Origin: Haplodiscus bocki
Taxonomy: Eukaryota
NCBI GenBank assembly: GCA_965655095.1
Contig: OZ296657.1
Span: 26,040,001-26,104,000, forward strand
Direction: 5' to 3'
DNA length: 64,000 nt
Every line of letters begins with the position of its first letter. Within the stretch, counting starts at the first letter, position 1. This document shows, one piece after another, positions 39,388 to 51,677 of the stretch. The position numbers and the translations under genes were made by a program. The notes below the pieces were generated by a model. The model was given only the letters and a program-made list of their open reading frames with translations, did not search any database and was not told the DNA's origin.

Positions 39388-42300
39388 CTAATTCAAAGGT
39401 AAACTTTCAATATTATTTTATAACAACGTTTATCACCAAAAGGTGATATTTTAGATTTTTTTATTTTTTGAAGATACTTTTCATGATTAAGTGATCTAAG
39501 AATATAATTATCACTTTCTGTTTGTTACTTTTCACCATCTAAACAATTTTTATTTTCATATTTAACATGTTTCGATTGAGCTTCAGAAATAACTTTTAAT
39601 TTCTCCGTGTTTTTATCATTATATTTAAATGAATGAGTTTTACTCCTCAAAGCAATAAATTCATCTATCCAAATATTTTTAGGAGCTTCAATTTTATATT
39701 CACCAAGAACTTTTTTTATTTCTATTACTGAATAAGTCATAATCTTTGATTAAATTGCCGATATCAAACAAGTCTTCAAATTTTTTTAAATCAATATTAA
39801 TTTTTTCAGTTCTGATACTCAACACAAAAATGTCACAGTCCACATACAGTAATTTTAAAAGTTCCTGTCCAAAACATGGTTGTAAATTATCATAATTTCT
39901 TGCATACAATAATAATTTTCAAAAAGCTAATACAGTAAATCTTAAAAAAATTGGTTTCATTCTTCTTAAAAATATAACTATCATAATTTTCATATGACTT
40001 ATGAATTTCATTGAGGGTTAATTTAAATTGTTGTTTTAATATTTTTTTTTACTCATATTTCTTTATTTAAAAAATCTAATCTCACACAATTTTGTACGTT
40101 TTCCATTGTTTTCCCATAAAGTGATTTTTAAAGTGATTATTAAAATTACCTTTCAAAATAATTTTTTGCTAATATTCTTTTTTGTGTATCAAAATTATTT
40201 TTTTTTCTACCACTCACTTTGTTTAGAAGAAATAGTCTCATGATTTTTTCTACTATAATCCCACGTCTTACATAAATTTTTAACATTCTTTATTGAATCA
40301 AGTAATTTTTTTATCCGTCCAATTGCAAATTAACTTTTCATTTTTTGGATAAAGAACTGGTTTTGTCTTTTTTTATGTATTCAGTAAACTTAGCTCGGAG
40401 CAAAAGGAATTCTTTTGTATTTAGTTTTATATTATCAGGATATTTCGATTCAACTTCAACGAAATAACCAAAATTACTATCATCCTCATTATTTATAAAA
40501 ATTTCAAAATTATCCATCTAAAGATCACGATGACCATGCCACATCTCAATTCGACCATAAGGTAACATTTGAGACATTGCCCAACAATACGAATTATTTG
40601 CATCAAAATACAAGATCTTTTGCCTTTCATCTGATAGAACATAACTATCACCCATTACAGAGCCTAATGCATCTCTAACATTGTTCTCTAATGACAAAAT
40701 TAAATGTTATCTTGAAGGGTTGTAGTTTAATATTAGTTTGTTTCAATGCACAACGCCAAGTATAACCAGGTGAACTCACACAATACAAAGTTAAAACCTT
40801 TAATTGATAGATTAAAAAGTTTCTCAAAAACATCAGCTAAATTAATTACAATACTTCTCAAAAATAGTACTGTAATTTCTTCTCCACTTTTAATATTAAA
40901 AAAGTTAATAGTTTCTTTTTTTCGTTCGTTTTGTTCGTCCTTAGGATATTTGTTTTTAAGTTACTGAAGGAGCCTTCTTTCTTTAAATCTTCAACAGCTT
41001 TTTAATAACCCTCAAGACCAGTAAAGTATTTTTGAGGATAGGCTAATTTTTATTTAGATATTGCCAATTATCTGGAAATTCATTTTTCGAAACCACGAAT
41101 TCATCACTATCTAAACTTTTAACTAGTGAATCTAAGCTACTTGATAACAATCGGTAGCTATCAATAAATCCTATACAACCATAAGTAACACAAAGGTATT
41201 CTTCGTTCGTTTCAGGTATAAAATCAAATTTAACTTTATCATTCTTTCTATCAACTAACTCTTTAAAAAACAGATGGCAATCAAAATTAGTGAAATTAAG
41301 CAGTGCAACTGGTATAAATTTACTTTGTGTTTGTATGATATTAATATTACATTTGTTTTTAGCTTGTCCTCGGTATTTAATTGTTAAGCGACAATGACAT
41401 CTAACTTTATCAGATTCTAGAGTTTTTCACAAAAATGACAAACCTAATTGTAATCCAAATCCTCTCTTTCTTTTTGCATCAAAAAACATCTTTCCTAGTG
41501 TTTTTTAAAAGAAAACCATTTTAGTTTCCAATTTAATAATTTCCTTCACAAACCATTTTACATTATCATATCCTATAGCAGATTTATAATAACCACTTTT
41601 CAAACACCCTCCAATTCAGAAACTATACAACAACCATTACACGCAGGGTTTTCTATATGAATAATAAATGTTTTAAAACCTTTACTAGATTTATCGATTT
41701 CATTAGCGGCTTCAAATTCTGCAATAATCCTAAAATATAACGCATTCTTATTAAAATGTTTTTTCCCTTGACGTTGAGGTTCGTTTGAAATTATAATAGT
41801 AGTTATTTCTTTAACTTCACATCTTGGTTTATGTATCATTAACAAAAATTCACTTCTATAGGAAATTAAACACCGTCTATGTATGACTTTGTTTATGATT
41901 CCCCAAAATGACACGTAGTTTTTTTAAGGAGAGCACAAGGATTTTCATAGATTAATATGTCAACAAATCTATCTGGTTCAGTTTTTCACTAATGTCTTTA
42001 GGAAATAAATTATATTTCCTTTTGTTTTGATCTTGATAAAACTTCAGTTCAAATATGGTAGTAGATAAGTTAAATAATTTCTCAGATATATACATATCAC
42101 TACACCTAAATCCTTCAGTAAAATCAAAACCTTGAATGTTTGATTCGTTGAAGTTTTGTCCATAAAAATATTTACTCTTGTTGGATGACCATTTTGACAA
42201 GGACGAAGTTGAGCTATTAGAGATCAAAGGAAGCGATATTTATCAATATGTTCAATTTTTAAGATAGCATTTGATCTCAACGGAAGAATAATACAACTCG

Positions 42301-43020
42301 AACCATTCAATTCATCAGTTTTATAAAATCGTTTTCTCATTGAGTTAACTTTATCAAATATCAATCCACTATCCTTTTTTTCCTGAATTTGATTTTGATG
42401 TTCTAATTGTCATTTATCGTCAATGGTATTAAAATCAGATTCTGTTAACTTTTTCCTAATACTCAAAATGATAAATACTTCGAATTCATCACCTCTTTGA
42501 TCTTCTTCACTATTCTCATGAAAGCTGGCTGAATATAATATATGATATTTAATTTTTTATTGATCTAATATTGCAGCGTAAACAAAAGTCAATTTTTAAA
42601 AAGATTTTGTGAATATAACTGGTTTCAATCCCAAAATTTATGAGAATTGGTATAATGGTTAAAACAGAACTTGAAAGAATATTATTATAACTATGAAGAA
42701 TATTTTGGAAACCAAATTTCAAGCTATTATCAGTGGAATATTATGGATTAATCGTTTTTTTAGCTACCTTGTCATCTATTTTTTTCTCATTTGTTTTAGT
42801 ATTTTCTATAACTATCTGTCTTAGGAGTTTAGGATTCTTTATTTTCAAAATTTTTTATCAATAGGTTTTTGCTCTTCTCTAATTGACCATTCTGATACAA
42901 TTATAACATCTTGTTTTATTTTCTCCGAATGATTTTCAGTTCTCAAATGTTTTGCATAACACGCTCGATGAAAATCAATATCACAAAATTTACACCTGCG
43001 GCTGTTTTTCCATTTTGCGT
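39388..43020 (-). pseudogene. polB: Protein-primed family B DNA polymerase
   Basis: N-terminal CKFC..H..H finger, DSGLIFD, CHCRLTIKYRGQA..CN, FIDSYRLLSSSLDSL, YFDANNSYCWAMSQ, YVDCD, FIALRSK, SPFGDKR. Confidence 0.92.
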
Positions 43021-43084
43021 GTCTATTTATTATGGATGAATTCGTTGAAATAAAAACCCCTTTTCAAAAAAAAATAATAAATCA

Positions 43085-43400
43085 GTGGAAAGTAAAATCT
43101 TTGCCATGTGTAATATTGAAAAACATATCAACAACTTTTACAAAAAAAATTCAGAACGTACAGATTGCAAAAGCAGAAGAAACTTAAACCGTTACTATGA
43201 TAATAAAGATGAAATATCAAGTCAACGAAATATATATTATAAAAAGCTAAACTATTACAGAAACAAAATGATGTTTCATACACTTCATTTTGATAAACAA
43301 GATGAAATATACACTTCAAAGAATAATTTAGAATCTACATTGATTTAGAAAACAGGTTGAAAGCATTAGAAGAAAATTTCTCAAAAAACGAGTCAGAAAG
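43085..43400 (+). pseudogene. Small Cys-rich/coiled-coil protein remnant
   Basis: MCNIEKHINNFYKK..TDCK pattern of eroded CxxC pairs. Confidence 0.4.
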
Positions 43401-43419
43401 CTATATTTTTTTTTATAGA

Positions 43420-43850
43420 TGAAATGGAGATCCTCATAAAAGACATGTCTTGCAAAAGGGCGACGGTAATTCGGTTGATGTATCAACCACAATAACGAAA
43501 CAATTTTTTAATAAAATACATTCTTCTACTAAATTAACACCAATACAAGCTTCTTTAAAAACCAATGAAGGATATGTTTACCATTATTTATTAAACAAAC
43601 AAACGAAAATAGAACCAAAAATTCAAGTAGACAATCTCGTCATAACAGCAGACTTGAAAACAACTTTCTCAAAACGAGATGCGACTCATTGTTCCTATAA
43701 AATGTTTAAAATAACAGAAATTATAAATGATACAATACCGAGTTATCGCATTGATAATTGAAAAAAACGATATAATGAAGCCATGTTGAAAAAAAAAATT
43801 TAACTTTGAAAGAAAAAAAAACAGTTATGAAAGCCCTAAACTTTATTTAA
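43420..43850 (+). pseudogene. Integrase C-terminal half; catalytic core deleted
   Basis: KIHSSTKLTPIQASLK...VDNLVITADLKTTFSKRD...ITEIINDTIPSYRID; homologous to 27900-28250. Confidence 0.85.
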
Positions 43851-44210
43851 ATCAGAATGTTTTTGTCCATGACTAATTCTTTCGTTAACACCAAAGCATA
43901 ACCATTTAAATCGAGAGGAACAAATCCATCAAATTTAAAATCTACTTTAGTCGGGTAGGAGGCTGTATAATTTTGTTGATATCTTATATCGAAAACATAC
44001 AAAATATAACCAATTTCAACAACCCCTGCGTTTGAACATCTAAAATCATCATCACTGATATATGGTTGAAGGTTATCATTTTTCGATAAAATTCTAAAAA
44101 TTTCTCCAAATTGAGCTTAGGTTTGAGAATAATCTTCATCAAAACAATTTAATATTATACCAGCATCAGGGTATTTTTCTGTCCCGATATTACAAGGACC
44201 ACTAGTAACA
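43850..44210 (-). pseudogene. Major capsid protein C-terminal fragment
   Basis: CNIGTEKYPDAGIILN...LQPYISDDDFR...LYVFDIRYQ...NGYALVLT. Confidence 0.75.
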
Positions 44211-44219
44211 GGTCATTTC

Positions 44220-44767
44220 TTTTGCAAAGTCTTACAATAGTTTTTTGTCCGCTAAATTAGCAAGATCATTGTTATAGTTTTCGTTAGACATCATTTTCAA
44301 GAGATCGCCGTGTAATTCGGTTTTTTGTCCTTATCACGGAATGTCAACAAATTGTTATCTGGAGTAACTGGTGGTTTTTTGTTTATCAACAAATCGTTTA
44401 CCCAATTTGAGTTATAATCTTTCATTAGTTCGATGTGGCTGTTATTTTTAGAACTAGTTATTTTAGATAGAAGAAATAACAATTGAGATGCTATTATACC
44501 TTTGTCTATCAATATTTCTAAAAGTTTGTCGTTGAAAATCTCCAATGCTTTGTTGTTTTTAATTGAATTTTCCGTCATAGTTTGTGTTACTTCTTAAGAG
44601 ACATCTAAATTAGTTATAGTGACGGGTTCAAAAACTTTTTTCATGTCCTCATGAAACTTCTGTTTACCAAGCTTATCTTGTAATCTTACTGCTTTTACTT
44701 GGCTTTCTAATAAAACTAACTTGTTTAATTTTTCAAAATCTTCTCTATCTTTAATCGAGTACAACAT
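44220..44767 (-). pseudogene. Conserved coiled-coil gene after the ATPase
   Basis: MLYSIKDREDFEKLNKL...; homologous to the genes at 7530 and 60914. Confidence 0.6.
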
Positions 44768-44774
44768 TTATGTT

Positions 44775-45340
44775 AATCGGAAATGTTTCGTTTCAGGAGT
44801 GCATTATGTATAGGTAGTTTTATTAAAATTTCTTAAAGACTACCTACCCTCTCCTGTTCTAACGAACTTGTCTATTTGTATTTATTCAGAATCAATTTTC
44901 CAAGCCTTAGGACATAGACAATTCCATTCTTCTAAATTCACAACTAATCCAGTTATGTCATGAAATAATAGTAGGATATCTCTTAGAGTTTGTTTACTTG
45001 AAGGAAATTATATTAGAAGTATTAGGATTAGTAGTTTTTGGGAAATGAATTTGGTTTTGAGATATATAATAAAAATCATTGTTTCTATGACCTCCTCGAG
45101 TAAAAAACGATTCATTATTTATTTCTTGTTTTGATAGCAACATATCTTCAAAAACAACAGTGCTGTTTTCATATTTTTTTTTGGTTGAGTTTCGCTTGAT
45201 GTTTGAGTTTTAATAATTAGATAATAATTTAGTGATTTTGTAATCATAAAAAATGTTTCCTGTTTTTGAAGTAGAAAATAATTCTGTAGATAAATTTTGC
45301 CACAATTTGAAAGTCCTTTGGTTAGGGTTTGATTATAATG
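44775..45340 (-). pseudogene. A32/FtsK-like packaging ATPase
   Basis: GLSNCGKI (Walker A), VVFEDML (Walker B), FFTRGGH..YYISQ, KQTLRDI. Confidence 0.85.
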
Positions 45341-45719
45341 AATATTATTATCGAGGCTTGGATGTTGGTGTGAAATTTTGATTTCATTTCCAGAAGAGAG
45401 ATTCTGTTTTTTTTCTAATCCTATTGTAACAGCTTTTGCAAACGGTTCTATCTTTTAGAAAGTTATTTGAATCTATCTTTCTGTTACATGCAGTACAAAA
45501 CTTTTCAACATTCATTCAATGTAAACAGATCTGAATATTTCTCGTTCAATATAAACAGAACAGAACAGTTCTCATCATACCAAAACCAAAAGAGTTCAAG
45601 TTTTATTAAAGCAGAACAGAACAGTTCTATGTTCTAGGTGTTCTAGGTTCTAGGTTAAATTTTAATAAAATTTTATTGGAAAAATTTCCTTTTTGTATGT
45701 CCATATTCATAACAAAAAT

Positions 45720-46230
45720 TCGTTTTTCGTTTCATTTAAATAATTAGTAAAACTATTACCTAGAGGTTCATCTTCACTTTTATCAATTAAATTTTCTTGG
45801 AAACTTTTTCTTTATAATTAATCGAACAATTCAATAGTTTGTTGGTCTTTTTCATATAAATTTTTGTTTTTATTAAACATTTTCAAAACTAATTTATGTA
45901 TTACTTTTCTACCCAATGATAGAGCACAAGCAATACCAGAGAAAAATGACACTACTACTAATCCAACACCGGTAACCGATAAAGTTACAGAGGTTGTGGT
46001 TGCTCCAACGATTACAATTGTATCAACTGATTCTAAAATTGATGTGAGTGTTTTATAATTCTTATTTTTCTTTTTTGAATTGTTTTTTTTATCTTTAAAA
46101 TTAGTATTCACTTCTTCAGAGTTATTAATTGAAATATTAAAATTGTTTACATCATTTGTTTTTCTACTAATCTCTGCTCTAAAACAACATTTTCTAACGG
46201 TGCTGAGGGGTACAATCGGTCTGTTTCTTG
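45720..46230 (-). pseudogene. Conserved membrane protein with two hydrophobic helices
   Basis: VDTIVIVGATTTSVTLSVTGVGLVVVSFFSGIACALSLG; homologs at 6181, ~19950 and ~22420. Confidence 0.65.
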
Positions 46231-46259
46231 TTCCACTTATATAGTATAAATTATACAAA

Positions 46260-46640
46260 TTTATCCAAGTATAATGCTTTCCCTGTGTGATAGAAGTTGA
46301 TCGCCTCTGGCTGCCTGGAGAAAGCTGCTTTAAAGCTTCGGGGAGCAAATGCACTACCAACGTTTGCTGCAAACTCCAATGCTCATCCTGGGTCTTTTAA
46401 AATGTTTTTTTTTTTGCCAGTTTTTTGAAACATTAATTCCTTCTCATAAATAAAACCTTGAAAACGTCACCGAAACCTTGTGCTTGTGTAGTTTGATTAC
46501 TAACAGTCGTCGATTTCTTTCTATTACAAATTAAACAAGAACTAATTAGTAATTTACATATTTTAGAAGTTATATTACCATTAAATTTTTTTGTAGCAGA
46601 TCAATGTCTACCTCCAACGCAATAAGAATCCATTTTGAAT
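46260..46640 (-). pseudogene. Zn-ribbon plus amphipathic-helix virion protein
   Basis: YCVGGRH...CLICNRKKS...QAQGFGDVFK...ALEFAANVGSAFA. Confidence 0.6.
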
Positions 46641-46699
46641 TTTTCAAAGCTCTTTTAGAAGTTCAAATTTTGATCTATTGCACAGAAAAAGTCATCGTC

Positions 46700-47759
46700 T
46701 CTCCGTTAAAATAAATTATCATCTTCTAAAGAAATTGTTATAGTATTCAAAACAGATTTATTTGTTTCTTAAAATGAATTGTTTCAAGTTGGCAAAAAAC
46801 TGTATAACCATATCGTTTATCTAAAACAAAACCTTAGAATGGCTCATTCTAAACCATTCACTGCACTACCATCAATACAATCACATTTCAAATAGAGTTT
46901 AGTTTTTGTACTTAAATTTAAATTTTTATCACTAATTTAATAAACGTGGGTTAGCAGCATGACTTGCATCAGAAGGCTTGTTATCCCAATATGGTGTAAA
47001 ACCTACTAAAGTTATGAGTAAGGTTTTTTCAACAAATCCCAGCGTTCCAAAAGTTCCAACAATACGAGTTAAAATAAGTTTTGTTTCCATGCTAATATCA
47101 TCATATTCAATCTTTAGGGTTCCTTAATGATCACCCATGGTGTAAACAGTCACTGAAATATCTTTAATTGTGAATGCTCCGGGTGTTATTTTATAAGTGA
47201 TAGAGTTTGAATTGTTTTGTTCTAAAATCAATTCAATAACATCTTCATCTAAACTAACCACAATTCTAAAAAAAACTTTCAAAGTCTCGAAATGGTGATC
47301 TAGCATAACCCTTTAATAGTATAATTTAACCATCAGTCCTTCTCGTTTCAGTTTCTAGTTTTTTATGTGCTGAAATTTTAGGCGGTCTTTTTATTTTACC
47401 TTGTAGATGCTCGAGTGTAATATTTGAAGTTTCGAGGATCTCCTCAAGTTGATCTTTTAATTCTGCAAAAAAATCTTCCAAAGTGTCTATATAAAGTTCG
47501 AATTTGTTAATTTCTTCAGTTACATTAAAAAATTAAATTGTATATTTCCAAACTTGTTAATCTAACCATCCATTAAGGGTCACGACTAAAATTTTTAAAT
47601 GGTTTAAATGAAAAAGTTTCTCGCAGTTCGATAAGTCTAAATTCAAGTGTTCTTTGTGGTTTTGTATGGGTTTGATGAATAGGCATTTGAGAAATTTTTC
47701 CTAATTGATAGTAATAGATTTTTTGTTTCATTTTCAGGTCGAACCATGTTTAGGTTCAT
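46700..47759 (-). pseudogene. Minor capsid (penton-like) protein, paralog 2
   Basis: KPQRTLEF...WMVRLTSLE...YKITPGAFTIKDIS...LGFTPYWD...LKCDCIDGSAVNG. Confidence 0.7.
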
Positions 47760-48830
47760 TTAACATTACAAAATTTTATTTTCACTAATTGACCAATAAT
47801 TGCTAACGTTTTTCTATGAAAAGTAACTGGTTTGTGATCGTTGTCTTTCAAATGAAATGTTATACGAGACAGAACAGGTTTATTTTTTTTTTAAAAAAAT
47901 TTACTGTTAATTCTTAGTAAATTTTTTGATCCGGAGGTTTATCTAATGCAAAATTATACAAAATAGCTTCTCTAATACCATTTACTATACTTCCATCGAT
48001 GCAATCACAATTTAGGTGAATTTTATCGATTCCTGTAATGTCAATAGGTCTGTCGCTTTTAAAGGATCCTAATATTAGTTGAAAAAATCTGCAGTATCAC
48101 CTAGTGGACTTGAATGAGATTGGATAAATCCTAATATGGTATTAAAAAATATTTTTCAGTAAACCTCATTGTTTCAGTTATGGTCAATTTTGATTTCAGT
48201 CTAATATTATCAATTGTAAACATTATTTTTACATTATTAGGAAGTAAAAACTTTAACATCAAGTTAATATGAGTGCTTTCATGTATTCCCGGTGGTAATG
48301 TATATCCAATAGTTGATCCAGCAATCTTTTTACAACCAAGATATCCACAACCTTATTAGAGGTTAATTCCATTCTATAAACCATATCTTCAAGATGTTTA
48401 TATTCTACTCTCTTCAATTCTTCAGTTATCTCAGCTTTACGAGTGTCAAGATCTGATAAGTTATGTTCTTTGTCTCCTACTTTTAACTGTTTTCCTCTTT
48501 TTTTAACTTCTTTTACATGCACATCGATATGATTTTAGATCAAAGGTCTAATAAATCATCTAGCTTGTTAGCAAGTTCTTCATCTCCTTCGGGAGTCCAA
48601 TTACTTGGCGTTGAAACTGAAAAACTGTTATTTTCATGAATTATATCAAAAACAGAAATGGTTGTTTCAAAACTCGTTACCGCTAATGACCATTTTTCTT
48701 AGGAAAGGTTTCCTGAGGGGTTAATTGAAAAAGACTGCCTTAGCTTATTCATTTTAAATTCAAGCGTTCCTTGTGGTTTTGTCTTTGTTTTTTCATTTAA
48801 CGTATCTGTATGTTTTTTATTTGAAAATAA
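47760..48830 (-). pseudogene. Minor capsid (penton-like) protein, paralog 1
   Basis: KPQGTLEFKM...WSLAVTSFE...IDITGIDKIHLNCDCIDGSIVNGIREAILYNFALDKPP. Confidence 0.7.
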
Positions 48831-49069
48831 CAAATCCAAATTCGTTCGAGTATACCAAATGTTTCTCCTGTTATGTAATATTTAATGAACTTTTTATTAT
48901 TTTTTGACAGTTTTTTGTTTTGTTTATATGTTAGTGAGTTTTTCTTTATCGACTTTGGTCTAACCCCCCCTCTCTCTTGAAATAGATTGAGTTTGTTCAC
49001 TTTTTGCGATATAAAATACACTTTTATCAATAGTTAATTTCCGTAACGTCAATTAATTTGAAGAAAACT

Positions 49070-49500
49070 TCAACTTTTATATATCCTTTGATAATACACA
49101 GTCAAAAAAGCAGATATAAATCTAAACCTATAACTTCCATCAAAAAAATTTTATATAAACAAAAATTCGCTCTAAAAATATTTCTTTTATCTGTTACAAA
49201 TTGTATTTTGTATTCAGTATATAAACAAAATCAATTTCGTTTTATGATAAACTTAGATACTTTTTGAGGAGGCGGACAACCATTTGAATCAAAATAGCAT
49301 TCGTGAATGTATAATACCCAGTGATTACTTTGAAATGGATGTAAATTAACGATTCCTGTATCAAATTCAAGTGATCCTTCCCCTAAATTGATTCCTACAT
49401 CATTCAAAGACAAAAACCGCAGGACCTGTTGAGTTTTTGTATTTGGTGTTGCTTTATTTTTGAAATTGTATTCTTGAAATAAATCATTGACAGACAACAT
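49070..49500 (-). pseudogene. Adenain-like cysteine protease
   Basis: GIVNLHPFQSNHWVLYIHECYFDSNGCPPP: HW and YFDS.G catalytic motifs. Confidence 0.85.
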
Positions 49501-50576
49501 TACCTCCTTCTAAATCACCTCTACGTCTTCCAACAAACAAAAAGTTTTTTCAAACTGCATCAGGTTTGGGTAAACTACCAAATAAACCTTCATTATCAAG
49601 TACTTGTATATTTGTTTTAACAGCTCTTTGAACTAACACCTCTTTTACAGACCGTTTGCTATCGTTGTTATCTTCTTCATTATTTGAAATATGAGCTTCT
49701 GCTTTTGATGAAATTTCATCTAAAAACCTTTGTTCATGACATGTGTATCATTGGAAGGTTCAAAATTTGTTGTTTTTTTTCATCTTTTTTAAAAATATCG
49801 AATTTTTCAAGTTTTAATTTGTTAAGATTAATATCTTGTACTTTATCTCTTTTAGAGACAATACTATCCAACTCGTTTTACCATGGTTTTTTGTAACTTT
49901 TTTGTTCCATTTTTTAACAAGGATAATCGGGATTGCATACAATAGTAGATAAAGAAACACATAATTTTTATGAAATTGTTTCTATAAACAAATCAAAATC
50001 AAAACAAAAATTTAAAATAAAGATTTTAGTTTCGTTGTTGTTTTTTATGTTTAAGGTGTTTGTGATTATTAAGCAAAATATTCAATATATCCATAATACT
50101 ATCACGTTTTTTCAAGTGTTATTTTATTTAACCCTAATCGTTTGTTCTCTTTTTTAACTTCAGAATCTGGCAACCATATTTTATTCTCCAAAAATTCTGT
50201 TCCAGTACCTTTTTGCTCTATTTCTTTATCCATATCTTCAATTGTGTCTCCCATTATTATTATTGCTTGTTCAAAAACGTTACCTCGGTTCAAAGCAGTC
50301 TGCCTTATTTTTGATTGTGTTGAAAACGTTTCCTCATCATCTTTTCCAAGGGTTTGTGATATTTCGTTTTGGATATTTGAATGTTTTCATTTATAATTTC
50401 TCTAAATTCAGCCATTTAAACATTTTAAAAAGATTATTCGGAAAGAATATTTCCTTGAGTAGGACTATCATCATTTGGACCTCCATCTCTTAAGTTATTT
50501 TTTGTTTTTTTTTAGGAACCAGGTTCATCATTTTCATTTGAGTTTTTTGAGGTCACTTTGAGGTCATTTGAAGTCA

Positions 50577-50868
50577 TTTTGTGGTCATTTGAGGTCAATT
50601 TCTGATCATGGTCGGATGAATTTTGTTTGCATGTCGGAATGTTTGGTATTCTATAGGGTAAAAGCATATTTTATTCTCTTCTATAACGTTGTGATGTAGA
50701 AGGTGATGTCTTCAACTCTCTAGCTATTTCCGATTTTTTTAATTTTGGGTTGAAAGAGTTGATTTCTATAAGTTTAGCCATTATATCCATATTATTTTGT
50801 CTCATTATCAAATCAGCTTTGAGATCACTGGTTTTTGATATTTGTTCTGAAGAAAATGTGTAATTCAT
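50577..50868 (-). pseudogene. HTH DNA-binding protein
   Basis: NPKLKKSEIARELKTSPSTSQRYRRE. Confidence 0.7.
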
Positions 50869-51167
50869 TATTCAGGTATTTATATAAAAAATATATATAT
50901 TTAAAAGTAAATCAAAACACGTATACACAAAAAAATGGTATGGTTGTTAAAAAATACGAATTTAATAATATAGACATTGAAGTGAATTATATATTCAATA
51001 TTATTATTAAAATAGACATAAAAAGAAAAAAATGTGGTTTCTATATGATAATTTTCACATCGGGTAAATTTGTTTCAAATAAGTGAATGATAACAAAAAT
51101 GAAATCTAGACTTGGAAAAAACAACCCCGAAATCCACACGTTCAGACTTAATAGATTTCATACTTAT

Positions 51168-51677
51168 ATGGTTTTAATTTTTAGTAATTCAAACAAAGCT
51201 CAGATTTATAAAATGGTTTATAGAAATAGTACACATCATGAAATTGAAACATTTATGAATCCTACTTATTTGAATTTGGTTAAACCAAATGAAGACACAG
51301 AAGATTTTCATAATAGAGGACTAAACGATAAAAAATTCCTCTTTGAAATTGAAGATTAAAATTATATTCATGTGGGAGAAAAATTAGTTAGCTTTGAAAC
51401 ACTGACACCATAGTGGAGTACAATTCAATTGATGATTTTAATGATGTAAAATACCCATATGCTCACGGTATAGAAAACATTTAATTTCTGTTCCATCGAA
51501 AATATATCTCTTTTGAAGAATATAAAAATTCAACACAAAAGGATGAGTTTGTTTAGTTATATAAAAAAGATGATGAAAGGAAAGGCAACAAATTTACAGT
51601 TGAAAATGAACGTATCGTTGAATATGGTAATGATTTTATAAATTGTAAACTTATTCACGACAGAGATTCGAAATAAA
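51168..51677 (+). pseudogene. Terminal accessory gene (inverted copy of 35840-36410)
   Basis: MVLIFSNSNKAQIYKM...NDVKYPYAHGIENI. Confidence 0.6.

Noticed and set aside
45818-46372. 184-aa ORF as a single gene
   Set aside because: Chance read-through joining an off-frame piece of the amphipathic gene to the membrane-protein gene
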